Shown one piece after another: positions 13,340-24,720 of a stretch of DNA of 64,000 bases. Source of the DNA: Mobula hypostoma (taxonomy: Eukaryota). A program made the position numbers and the translations under genes. Under the pieces are notes generated by a model. The model had not been told where the DNA came from and did no database searches. It saw nothing but the letters and a program-made list of their open reading frames with translations. Every line of letters begins with the position of its first letter. Position 1 is the stretch's first letter. The DNA lies in assembly GCF_963921235.1 (NCBI RefSeq), contig NC_086097.1, forward strand, positions 930,001-994,000, read 5' to 3'.

Positions 13340-15210
13340 ATGAGCAACACACCAATCCTCTGGCATCATCCCCGTTTCTAATGACATTTGAAATATTTCT
13401 GTCAGAGCCCCTGCTATTTCCTCACTAACTTCCCTCAAGGTCCTAGGGAATATCCTGTCCGGACCCGGAGACTTATCCACTTTTATATTCCTTAAATGCA
13501 ACAGTACTTCTTCTTCTTTAATCATCATACTTTCCATAACTACCCTTCTTGTTTCCTTTACCTTACACAATTCAATCTCCTTCTCCTTAGTGAATACCAA
13601 AGCAAAGAAATTGTTCAAAATCTCCCCCATCTCTTTTGGCTCCGCACGTAGCCGTCCACTCTGATTCTCTAAGGGTCCAATTTTATCCCTCACTATCCCT
13701 TTGCTATTAATATAACTGTAAAAACTCTTTGGATTTATTTTCATCTTACTTGCCAAAGCAGCCTCATATCTTCTTTTAGCTTTTCTAATTTCTTTCTTAA
13801 GATTCTTTTTACATTCTTTACATTCCTCGAGCACCTCATATTCTCCAAGCTGCCTGTATTTATTGTAGATCCCTCTCTTTATTCGAACCAAGTTTCCAAT
13901 ATCCCTTGAAAATCATGGCTGTCTCAAACTTTTAACCTTTCCTTTCAACCTAACAGGAACATAAAGATCCTGTACCCTCAAAATTTCACCTTTAAATGAC
14001 CTCCATTTCTCTAATACACTCTTCCCATAAAACAAATTATCCCAATCCACTCCTTCTAAATCCTTTGGCATCTCCTCAAAGTTAGCCTTTCTCCAATCAA
14101 AAATCTCAACCCTGGGTCCAGTCCTATCCTTCTCCATAATTATATTGAAACTAATGGCATTGTGATCACTGGACCCGAAGTGCTCCCCAACACAAATCTC
14201 TGTCACCTGACCTATCTCATTCCCTAACAGGAGATCCAACACTGCCCCTTCTCTAGTTGGTACCTCTAAGTATAGCTGCAAAAAACTATCTTGCGCACTT
14301 TTTACAAACTCCAAACCATCCAGCCCTTTTACAGAATGGGCTTCCCAGTCAATGTGTGGAAAATTAAAGTCTCCCACAATGACAACCTTGTGCTTACTAC
14401 AAATATCTGCTATCTCCTTACAAATTTGCTCCTCCAGTTCTCGCTCCCCATTAGGTGGTCTATAATACACCCCCATAAGTGTTACTACACCTTTCCCATT
14501 CCTCAATTCCACCCAAATAACCTCCCTAGACGAGTCCACTAATCTATTCTGCCAGAGCACCGCTGTTATATTTTCTCTGACAAGCAATGCAACACCTCCC
14601 TCTCTTGGTCCTCCGATTCTATCACACCTGATGCAACGAAATCCTGGAATATTTAGTTGCCAATCACACCCCTCCTGCAACCACGTTTCACTAATAGCTA
14701 CAACATCATATTTCCAGGTATCAATCCATGCTCTAAGCTCATCCACCATTCTTACAATTCTCCTAGCATTAAAATAGATGCATTTAAGAAACTCTCCACC
14801 TCTTACTCTTTGTTTATCCTTAATGGAGCAAACATCTTTGTTATCTTTTTCTTCCTTCTGCCCTACATCTTTGGTCTGAATGCTCCTGATCTCTGTCCCC
14901 TGCCTATCCTCCCTCACACACTGTCTACTAGCTTTCTCTATTTGTGAACTAACCTCCTCCCTCCTCATCTCTTCAATTTGATTCCCACCCCCCAACCATT
15001 CTAGTTTAAAGTCACCTCAGTAGCCCTCACAAATCTCCCCACCAGGATATTGGCTCCCCTAAGATTCAAGTGCAACCTGTCCTTTTTGTACAGGTCACAC
15101 CTGCGCCAAAAGAGGTCCCAATGATCCAAAAACTTGAATCCCTGCCCCTGCTCCAATCCCTCAGCCACGCATTTATCCTCCACCTCATTGCATTCCTACT
15201 CTCACTGTCG
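13340..15210 (-). mobile_element. CR1 fragment (ORF1 end, endonuclease, tether)
   Basis: ORFs 15001-15183, 13913-14995 (YFNAR, SETWL, SDH), 13331-13891 (SPGPD). Confidence 0.92.
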
Positions 15211-15227
15211 CGTGAATTAGATACGCT

Positions 15228-16535
15228 TTCAACATTCGAAATGTTTCTATGAGATCCCCTCTCATTCTTCTATACTCTAATGAATACAGTCCAAGAGCCA
15301 ACAAACGCTCCTCATATGTTAGCCCCGGCATTCCAGGAATCATCCTCGTAAAGCTTCTCTGAACTCTCTCCAACATCAGAACATCCCTTCTAAGATAGGG
15401 AGCCCAAACTGCACATAGTATTCCAAATGAGGTCTCACTACTGCCCCATAGAGCCTCAACACCTCCTTACTCTTATACACTATTCCTCTTGAAATGAATG
15501 CCAACATAGCATTCACTTTCCTTACTGCCGATCCAACCTGGTGGTTAACCTTTAGGGTATCCTGCATGAGGACCCCAAGTCCCTTTGCACTTCTGAATTT
15601 TGAATTTTCTCCCCATCTAAATAATAATCTGCCCAATTATTTCTTCTTCCAAAATGTATAACCGTACATTTCTCAACATTGTATCTCATCTGCCATTTCT
15701 TTGCCCACTCTCCTAAACTGACCAATTCTCTCTGCAACCTTTCCATTTCTTCAACACTTCCTGCTCCTCCACAAACTTGTCATCCGCAAACTTAGCCACA
15801 AAACCATTTAATTCATAATCTAAATCATCGATATACATTGTAAAAAGAAGCGGCCCCAACACCGACCCCTGCGGCACACCACTAGTAACTGGCAACCAAT
15901 CAGAATAGGATCTCTTTATTCCCACCCTTTGCTTTCTACCTATCAGCCAATGCTCCACCCATTCCAATATCTTTCCTGTAATTCCATGGGCTCTCATCTT
16001 ATTAAGCAGCCTCTTATGCGCACCTTATCGAAGGCCTTTTGAAAATCCAAATACACAACATCCACAGCCTCTCCCTTGTCAATCTTATTTGAGATTACCT
16101 CAAAAAATTCTAATAGGTTGGTGAGGCAGGATCTTCCCTTCATGAAACCATGCTGGCTTGGGCCTATTTTGTCATGCACCTCGAGGTATTTCATAACCCC
16201 GTCCTTGAGGATCGACTCCAATAACTTACTAACTACTGATGTCAGACTAATAGGTCTGTAATTTTCTTTTTGCTGCCTCCCTCCTTTCTTAAACAGCGGA
16301 ACTACATTTGCGACCTTCCAGTCCCCCGGAATCATGCCAGAGTCTATTGATTCCTGGAAGATCATTTCCAATGCCTCCATAATCTCCAAAGTCACCTCCT
16401 TCAGAACCCGTGGGTGCACCTCATCCGGTCCGGGAGACTTATCTATTCTTAGTCCATTTAGCTTCCCAAGCACTTTCTCTCCAGTAATCTTAACTGTACC
16501 TAATTATATTCCCTGAGACCTCTGGCTATCAGGTA
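15228..16535 (-). mobile_element. CR1 RT fragment
   Basis: [24 protein letters not shown] in frameshifted ORFs 15185-16473. Confidence 0.9.
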
Positions 16536-16549
16536 TGTAAGTGGCAAAT

Positions 16550-18314
16550 AGAACGTACAACATAGAAATTTACAGCACATTACAGGCCCTTCAGCCCACA
16601 ATGTTCTTATGGTCTTATGTTGTGCCGACCATGTAACCTACTCTAGAAACTGCCTAGAATTTCCCTAGCGCATAGCCCTCTACTTTTCTAAGCTCCATTT
16701 ACCTATCTAAGATGCTCTTAAAAGACCCTTATTGTATCCGCTTCCACCACCACCGCCAGCAGTTCATTCCACGCACCCACCACTCTCTGTGTGAAAAACT
16801 TACCCCTGACATCTCCTCAGTACCTATTTCTAAGCACCTTAAAACTGTGACCCCTCGTGTTAGCCATTCCAGCCCTGGGAAAAAGCCCCTGGCCATCCAC
16901 ACGATCAATGCCTCTCAGCATCCTATACACCTCTATCAGGTCACCTCTCATCCTCCGTCGCTTCAAGGAGAAAAGGTCAAGTTCATTCAACCTATTACAG
17001 GAGGGATGTGGAAACTATAGAAAAGGTGCAAGGAGATTTACATGGATGTTGCCTGGATTGGGGACCATGCCTTATGAGAATAGGTTGAGTGAACTGGGAT
17101 TTTTTCCTTGGAGCGGCGGAGGATGAGAGGTGACCTAATAGAGGTGTGTAAGATGATGAGAGGCATTGATCGTGTGGATAGTCAGAGGTTTTTCCCCAGG
17201 GTTGAAATGGATAACACAAGAGGGCACAGTTTTAAGGTGCTTGGAAGTAAGTACAGAGGGGATGTCAGGAGTACGTTCTTTTATGCAGAGATTAGTGAGT
17301 GTGTGGAACGGGCTGCCGGCGATGGTGGTGGAGGTGGATTTGATAGGGTCTTTTAAGGGTCTCCTGGATAAGTACATGAAGCTTAGAAAAGTAGAGGGCT
17401 ACGGGTAACCCTAAGTAGTTTATAAAGTAAGTACATGTTGGACACAGTATTGTGGGCTGAAGGGCCTGTATTTTGTTGTAGGTTTTCTATATTTTCTATG
17501 TTTCTTCTCTCATGAGGTACACCCTCCAATCTAGGCAACATCCTTGTAATCTTCTCTGCACTCTCTCTATAGTATCCACATCCTTCTTGTAGTGAGGTGA
17601 CCAGAACTGAACATGGTACTCCAAGTGGGGTCTGACCAAGATCTTATATAGCTGTAGCATTACCTCACAGCTTTTGAACTCAATCCCACTGTTGATAAAT
17701 GCTAACACACCATACGCCTTCTTAACAACACTGTCAACCTATGCAGCAGTTTTGAGTGTCCTATCAACACGGACCCCAAGATCTCAGATCCTCCACATTG
17801 CCAAGAGTCTTACCATCTATATTATATTCTGTCTTCAAATTTGACCTACCAAAATGAACCATTTCACACTTATCTGGGTTAAACTCCATCTGCCACTTCT
17901 CCACCCAGTTTTGCATCCTATCAATGTAACCTCTGACAACACTACAGACTATCCACAACACCCCAACCTTTGTGTCATCAGCAAACTTACTCACCCACCC
18001 TTCTACTTCTTCATCCAGGTCATTTATAAAAATCACAAAAAGGAGGAATCCCAGAACAGATCCCTGTGGCACACCACTGGTCACTGGCCTCCATGCAGAA
18101 AGTGAACCATCTACAACCACTCTTTGCCTTCTGTGGGCAAGCTAGATCTGGATCCACAAAGCAATGTCTCCTTGGATCCCATCCTCCTTACTTTCTCAAT
18201 AAGCCTCGCATGAGGAACCTTATCAAACACCTTGTTGAAATCCATATACACTACATCTACGGCTCTACATTCATCAATGTGTCGAGTCACATCCTCAAAA
18301 AATTCAGTCAGATT
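16550..18314. mobile_element. Cluster of CR1 3' fragments in alternating orientation (- 16550-16995, + 17000-17500, - 17500-18314)
   Basis: [18 protein letters not shown] and GVPQGS motifs; catag/ctatg tails. Confidence 0.85.
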
Positions 18315-18315
18315 C

Positions 18316-18866
18316 TGTTACAAGGATCACCCCTCATAATAATGATCATGAGGCACAGAGAATCTGCATAATAATGATCATGAGGCACAGAGAATCTGCA
18401 GTTACCGACAAGTAACTTCTATTGTTTCAACTAAAAGCACGTGGGTTCACAAATTGTCTCTGTGTGCACCCTACTGGAATTCCCTTACAGTCCAGGAACT
18501 GTCAATGAAGAGAAAAGGATATTACCCGGGAAAGGAAGCCTACGCTGGCCAGGCGTTCCTCGTGGTCCCAATCTTCACGTGTCCATGGAGGAGTCCTCAT
18601 CCGCGATGTTTGGTCTCTGCCTGCTGGAGAGTTATCGCCCCTGTGTATTTGAGTCTTATACTGTTCCTCATCAATTGAACCATTGGATCTCCATCCCATT
18701 GGCTCTTGGATAATCTAATCAGAGCAACTGAATGTGGACACGGGAAGCTTCAGGTAATGATCTGCTAAACCTGAGACCTATCTCAAACAAATAGCCATTT
18801 GTTATGTAAAGGGTGTGGACTCTGAATTGATTCTTGCTCTGGGACAATTTAATCAGAGGAATATAC
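18316..18866 (-). mobile_element. Possible solo LTR inserted in a CR1
   Basis: About 550 bp non-CR1 block starting TGTTAC; TATAA-like and poly(A)-like motifs on the - strand; CR1 resumes afterwards; right CA terminus and TSD not clear. Confidence 0.45.
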
Positions 18867-18985
18867 CTGATATTATCCCTAATCAGATTACGTCTCTCCA
18901 AATGCTCATCAATCCTGCCTCTCAGGATCTTCTCCAACAACTTGCCCACCACTGAAGTCAGACTCACTGGTCTATAATTCCTTGG

Positions 18986-20848
18986 GTGAAATACAAAGTT
19001 GGAAAATTCATGGTCATGCACTTTGGTAGAAGAAATAAATATGCAGATTATTTTCTAAATGGAGAGAAAATCCAAAAATCTGAGATGCAAAGGGATTTGG
19101 GAGTGCTTGTGCCCTGAAATGAACCCTGAACATTAACTTGCAGGTTGAGTCGGTGGTGAGGAAGGCAAATGCCATGTTAGCATTCATTTCAAGAGGTCTG
19201 GAATACAAGAGCAGGGATGTGATGCTGAGGCTTTATAAGACACTGGTGAGGTCTCACCTTGAGTATTGTGAACAGTTCTGGGCCCCTCATCTTAGAAAAG
19301 ATGTGCTGGCATTGGAGAGGGTCCAGTGGAGATACACAAGGATGATTCTGGGAATTAAATGGTTATCATATGAGGGACATTTGATGGCTCTGGGTCTGTA
19401 CTTGCAGGAATTCAGAAGGATGAGGAGGGGATCTCATTGAAACCTTTTGAATGTTGAAAGCCCTAGACAGAGTAGATGTGGAAAGGATGTTCTCCATGGT
19501 GGGGGAGTCTAGGGCAAGAGGGCACAGCCTCAGAACAGAGATGTGGAGAAATTTCATGAGCCAGAGGGTGGTGAATTTGTGAAATTTATTACCACAAGTA
19601 GTTGTGCAGACCAGGTCATTGGGTGTATTTAAGACAGAGATTGATAGGTGCATGCTTCCCTGGTATCATGGATTCTTGATTATCTGACTGGCAGACCACA
19701 GTACGTGTGCTTGCAACACTGTGTGTCCAACAGAGTGATCAGCAGCACTGGGGCTCCACAGGGGACTGTCTTGTCTCCCTTTCTCTTCACCATTTACACC
19801 TTGGACTTCAATTACTGCACAGAGTCTTGTCATCTTCAGAAGTTTTCGGATGACTCTGCCAGAGTTGGATGCATCAGCAAGGGTGTACAGAGCTACGGTA
19901 GAAAACTTTGTCACATGGTGTGAGCAGAATTATCTACAGCTTAATGTGAAAAAGACTAAGGAGCTGGTGGTAGACCTGAGGAGGGCTAAGGTACCGGTGA
20001 CCCCTGATTCCATCCAGGGAGTCAGTGTGGACATGGTGGAGGATTACAAATACCTGGGGATACGAATTGACAATAAACTGGACTGGTCAAAGAACACTGA
20101 GGCTGTCTACAAGAAGGGTCAGAGCCGTCTCTACTTCCTGAGGAGATTGAGGTCCTTTAACATCTGCCGGACGATGCTGAGGATGTTCTACGAGTCGGTG
20201 GTGGCCAGTGCTATCATATTTGCTGTTATGTGCTGGGGCAGCAGGCTGAGGGTAGCAGACATCAACAGAATCAACAAACTCATTCGTAAGGTCAGTGATG
20301 TTGTGGGGATGGAACTGGACTCTCTGACGGTGGTGTCTGAAAAGAGGATGCTGTCTAAGTTGTATGCCATCTTGGACAATGTCTCCCATCCACTACATAA
20401 TGTACTGGGTGGGCACAGGAGTACATTCAGCCAGAGACTCATTCCACCGAGATGCAACACTGATCGTCATAGGAAGTCATTCCTGCCTGTGGCCATCAAA
20501 CTTTGCAACTCCTCCCTTGGAGGGTCAGACACCCTGAGCCAATAGGCTGATCTTGGACTTATTTCATAATTTACTGGCATAATTTACATATTACTATTTA
20601 ACTATTTATGGTCCTATTACTATTTATTATTTATGGAGCAACTGTAACGAAAACCAATTTCCCCCGGGATTAATAAAGTATGACTATGACTATGACTATG
20701 ACTAGGTTCTTGATTGGACAAGGTTACGAGGAGAAGGCTGGGAACTGGGGCTGAGGAGGGGTAAAATAGGATCAGCGCTGATTAAATGGCTGAGTAGACT
20801 CGATGGGCCAAATAGCCTAATTTTAACCCTATTTCTTATTGTCTTACG
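18986..20848 (+). mobile_element. CR1 3' fragment interrupted by a Rex1-like element
   Basis: ORF 19138-19440 CR1 C-terminus; sequence resumes at 20703 (taggttcttgattgg). Confidence 0.85.
19648..20703 (+). mobile_element. Rex1-like non-LTR retrotransposon, 5'-truncated
   Basis: STGAPQGTVLSPFLF, QKFSDDS, LQLNVKKTKELVVD, RLYFLRRLRSF; AATAAA followed by (GACTAT)n tail. Confidence 0.9.
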
Positions 20849-21094
20849 ATGAACTGGGCTGCATTCATTACGTTTTAGTACTTGATAACCAAGAGAGTGA
20901 ACAGTTACTGGGTCAGCATCAGCTTTGTTATCACTGACGTACAGGGAGAAATTTCCAGCTAAGACTCTTCTTCAGTTTCAGCCTGAAACATTGACTGTTT
21001 ATCTCCACAGATGCTGCCTGATCTGTTGAGTCCTCCCCTGAGTTGTGTGTATTACACTGGACTTCCAGCATCTGCAGAACCCCTTGTGTTTGTG

Positions 21095-22450
21095 ATTGAA
21101 TTGAATTGAAGTGACTTTATTTCTTACATCTTTCACAAACATGAGAAGTAAAAATCTTTACGTTACGTCTCCATCTAAATGTGCAATGTGCAATCATAGT
21201 AATTTATAATAAATTAGATTATGAGGACATTCAGTCCTCATTTATTGTCATTTAGAAATGCATGCATTAAAAAATGATATATTGTTCCTCCAGAATGATA
21301 TCACAAGAAAACACAGGACAAACCAAGACTAAGACTGACAAAACCACATAATTATAACATATAGTTACAACAGTGCAAAGCAATACCATAATTTGATAAA
21401 GAGCAGACCATGGACACGGTAAAAAAAAGTCTCAAAGTCCTGATAGCCTCATCATCTCATGCAGGCGGTAGAAGGGAGAAACTCTCCCTGCCATGAACCT
21501 CCAAGCGCCGCCAACTTGCCAATGCAGCACCGTTGGAAGCACCCGACTGCAGCAGACTCCAAGTCCGTCCAAAAACTTCGAGCCTCCGTCCAGCCCCTCT
21601 GATACAGCCTCTCCGAGCACCATCCTCTGCCAAGTGCTTCGACCCCACCCCGGCCGCCGAGCAACAAGCAAAGCTAAGGACTCGGGGCCTTCTCCTCCAG
21701 AGATTCTGAATCACACAGTAGCAGCAGCAGCAAAGCAGGCATTTCAGAAGTTTCACCAGACGTTCCTCCATGCTGTCACGTACGTCTCCATCAAATCAGG
21801 ATTGTGCAGTCCTAGTACTTGACAAATAACAGACATCACCAACGGAGTGGCCGCTGCGAGCTGCGTCGCGCCGCCATCTTCTCCTCCCACCAATAGTCAA
21901 TGTAATACAGAGTACACTCAAATCAGTGTGAGTTCATCAGTCTGATGGCCTGGTGGAAGAAGCTGTCCTGGAGCTTGTTGGTCCTGGCTTTTATGCTGCG
22001 ACACCGCTTCTCGGATGGTAGCAGCTGGAATAGATTGTGGTTGGGGTGACTCAGGTCCCCAATGATCCTACGGGCCCTTTTTACACACCTGTCCTTGTAA
22101 ATGACCTGAATCATGGGAAGTTCACAACTATAGATGTGCTGGGCTGTCCGCACCACCCTCTGTAGAGTCCTGCGATTGGGGGAAGTACAGTTCCCATACC
22201 AGGCAGTGATGCAGTCAGTCAGGATGCTCTCAATTGTGCCCCTGTAGAAAGTTCTTGGGATTTGGGGGCCCATACCAAACTTCTTCAACTGTCTGAAGTG
22301 AAAGAGGCTCTGTTGTGCCCTTTTCACCACACAGCTGGTGTGTACAGATCGCGTAAGGTCCTTGGTGATGTGGTTCCGAGGAACTTGAAGCTGTTTACCC
22401 TCTCAACCCCAGATCCATTGCTGTCACTAGGGGTTAGCCCGTCTCTATTT
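21095..22450 (-). mobile_element. Rex1/Babar-type 3' fragment containing a nested insertion (21215-21890)
   Basis: ORF 21923-22330 is closely similar to the 6262-7059 copy; (TTCAA)n tail. Confidence 0.85.
21215..21890 (-). mobile_element. Non-coding, non-autonomous retroelement-like insertion
   Basis: GC-rich 5' end with AAGATGGCGGC; 3' end ...GACAATAAA followed by a TGAGGAC/GTCCTCA stem-loop; interrupts a LINE 3' UTR. Confidence 0.55.
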
Positions 22451-22821
22451 CATGGCAACAGTACTCTGCAAAAGCACAAAAATTACCATAAATTACAACA
22501 GGAACTTCAGACCTGAAGTTGCAAATAGGACCATCACGGCCTTATTAAATGTTGAAACTAGATGACCTCCTGTTTGAGAGGTGGGGGCGATTTTGGGGTT
22601 GTGATTTGTGGAAGGTACGGCAATTATTGGTGGAGAAAAGGGAGTTTGGGGTAAATGTATTGGTTAGAGTTGAGAGAAAGTAGGCAAAGGGTTTTGCCAG
22701 AGTGGAAGAGGTCCGGTGAAGGATCAGAGGAGGGGATTTGGGAGGTGAAGTAGTCAGGTTTGGAGGGCGTGGAGGAAAGACTTAAGCTGGTGGTGAATTC
22801 TAGAGGGGTGGGATTGAGAAG

Positions 22822-24241
22822 CAGACATCCCACCTCTCCTGGAAGTTCCGGGAGTCTCCTGCATATTGATAGCAGCTCCCTGACACCCGGAGATTATATA
22901 CAATATCCCGGAAATCGATTTTTTTTTAGAGGGAGAGGGAGAGCGAGAGCGAGCATCCTGATTGGTCTCTCTTTGTGCTAAGTGGTCCCCAACCACCGGG
23001 CTGTGAGGAAATGATATGATTTGGCGATATGAAACGATATGAGTCAGCTGCACCTTTCCTCATTCCCTGTCAAGCACTGTTGAACTTGAACGCACGCGAG
23101 GTCATTAACCACGCGTCATCCACGTCAGCACGGGAAGGAGATCAATTCCTCGAGCTTGCAAACGACGATGGGATGAAAAGTATGTTTGACATCTCTGCCG
23201 GCATTCTGGATCAAAGTCAAGGCTAAATATCCTGAGATAGCCACGAAAGCACTGAAAACATTGTTTCCATTTCCAACATCATATCTCTGCGAAGCGGGCT
23301 TTTCTGCAATAAATGTATCGAAAACTAAATTGCGGAATAGACTGGACATAAGGAACCCCTTCGAGTATCGCTGTCTCCCTTCACCCCTCGATAGGACCGT
23401 GTTGTTGCAGGGAAACAAGCCCAGGGCTCCCACTGATTCAGTGATATTGGTGTGTTGCAATGATTCTATATGTTCATACGAGGAAAATGCGCGCTGTATT
23501 TTTAATATCCAAATGTTACTTAAAATGTTATGATGCTACTGACTTATAAGTGACTTATAATTGACTTATCACTATATTCGTGCGAGGCAAATATGCGCTG
23601 AGTGTTTAATATTAAATTTGTTAGGTAAACCCCTTTTAGAAACGAAATTGAGTGTATTAGCCAGCTATAAGTGACTTATAGTTGACTTATCACCTATATT
23701 CCGGTCGTGATTAACACCCGCCCCACCCCCCACCCCAGTCGGCGGGTCCGCAAGAATATTGTCAATATTAAACTGGTCTGCGGTGCAAAAAACGTTAAGT
23801 AGACCTATCAGTTTTCTCTGTGGGTGGGCTTTACACTCGACCTCAAAATAATGACAATGTTGCTCGCTGCACTGTTTGCAACAGTGACTTTTCTATTGCC
23901 CATGGTGGGTTAAAATGTAAAAGACATGTTGAGGTGAGTTTAACAGGTGTCATTCGTTCATTAGCATAGCTAACGTTATTTAAGCTAGCTGGCCAGCTGT
24001 TAGGAATCTACGCTATTGATGTCCTACATGATGAGGCCAAACTCCCTGTAGACTTGCTTAAAGTTATAATAGAATAAACATGATAATATAAGTACATATT
24101 TTAATGTCAGATTTGCTGCAGAGACCCAACTTGGTTTACAGATTAGACAAAATCACTGAACGAAGTATTACATACAGCCGTGGAGGTCGACGGCGTGGGT
24201 GCTACCTCCCTGAAATCAGTTTTTGAAGGGTGGGATGTCTG
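22822..24241. mobile_element. Non-autonomous hAT-like DNA transposon with 13-bp TIRs, carrying a nested Charlie-type element
   Basis: CAGACATCCCACC (22822-22834) / GGTGGGATGTCTG (24229-24241) perfect inverted repeat. Confidence 0.75.
22980..23797 (+). mobile_element. hAT-Charlie (ZBED5/Buster-like) transposon remnant with C-terminal dimerization domain
   Basis: FWIKVKAKYPEIATKALKTLFPFPTSYLCEAGFS...KTKLRNRLD (23186-23533); AGTGGTCCCCAACC left end and GCGGTGCAAAAA right subterminal sequence. Confidence 0.85.
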
Positions 24242-24354
24242 GAAGGCTTTTGGAGGTGGAGGAGCTGTAGGGAGGGTGAATATTTTATTCAACGTTTTAA
24301 TTTGGGGTTTTTTGGAGAATGTTAGCGGTTTCAGGAAGTAAATGATTGAGCACA

Positions 24355-24720
24355 GATAAAAAACGTCACTTCCGCCCACCCTCATCAATATGGCGGTCTC
24401 ACCGCTCCACAAGATGGTCGCCCCGGAGACTTCCGGATCTGGTGAGATTCAGTTTCCGGTAGCACCATGCCGGCCCTGCAGCCTGAGGTAGCGGAGGCAG
24501 TCGCGGCGTTCGGCGGGAGGCTCGGCCGGGGTCAGCTACGCCGTTCCGGGGATGTGGCGGCGGCCATCGCGGGGCTGCTGCGGCGGATCGTGGCCCACAG
24601 TCGGTGGAACAACGCAGGTATCGGGGTCGATCCAGAAATAAGCATCCCTGTCCCCGGGAGTTTATCACCTGATCCCCCGTATTTACCCTCGACAGCGGGC
24701 ATAACCTCCCGGGACTCCTC
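24355..24720 (+). promoter_or_regulatory. EIF2B2 CpG-island, TATA-less promoter and exon 1 region
   Basis: High CpG density; ETS/GABP-like ACTTCCG/TTCCGG sites, YY1-like AATATGGCGG and AAGATGG, GC box CCGCCC and a CGTCA half site within about 110 nt upstream of the ATG. Confidence 0.7.
24467..24617 (+). CDS. EIF2B2: EIF2B2 coding exon 1
   Basis: GCACCATG Kozak-like start; MPALQPEV...HSRWNNA-G; donor CAG|GTATCG; CpG-rich context. Confidence 0.9.

Noticed and set aside
23186..23533. ZBED5/SCAND3-like host gene
   Set aside because: Only a short C-terminal remnant inside transposon ends, with no catalytic core.
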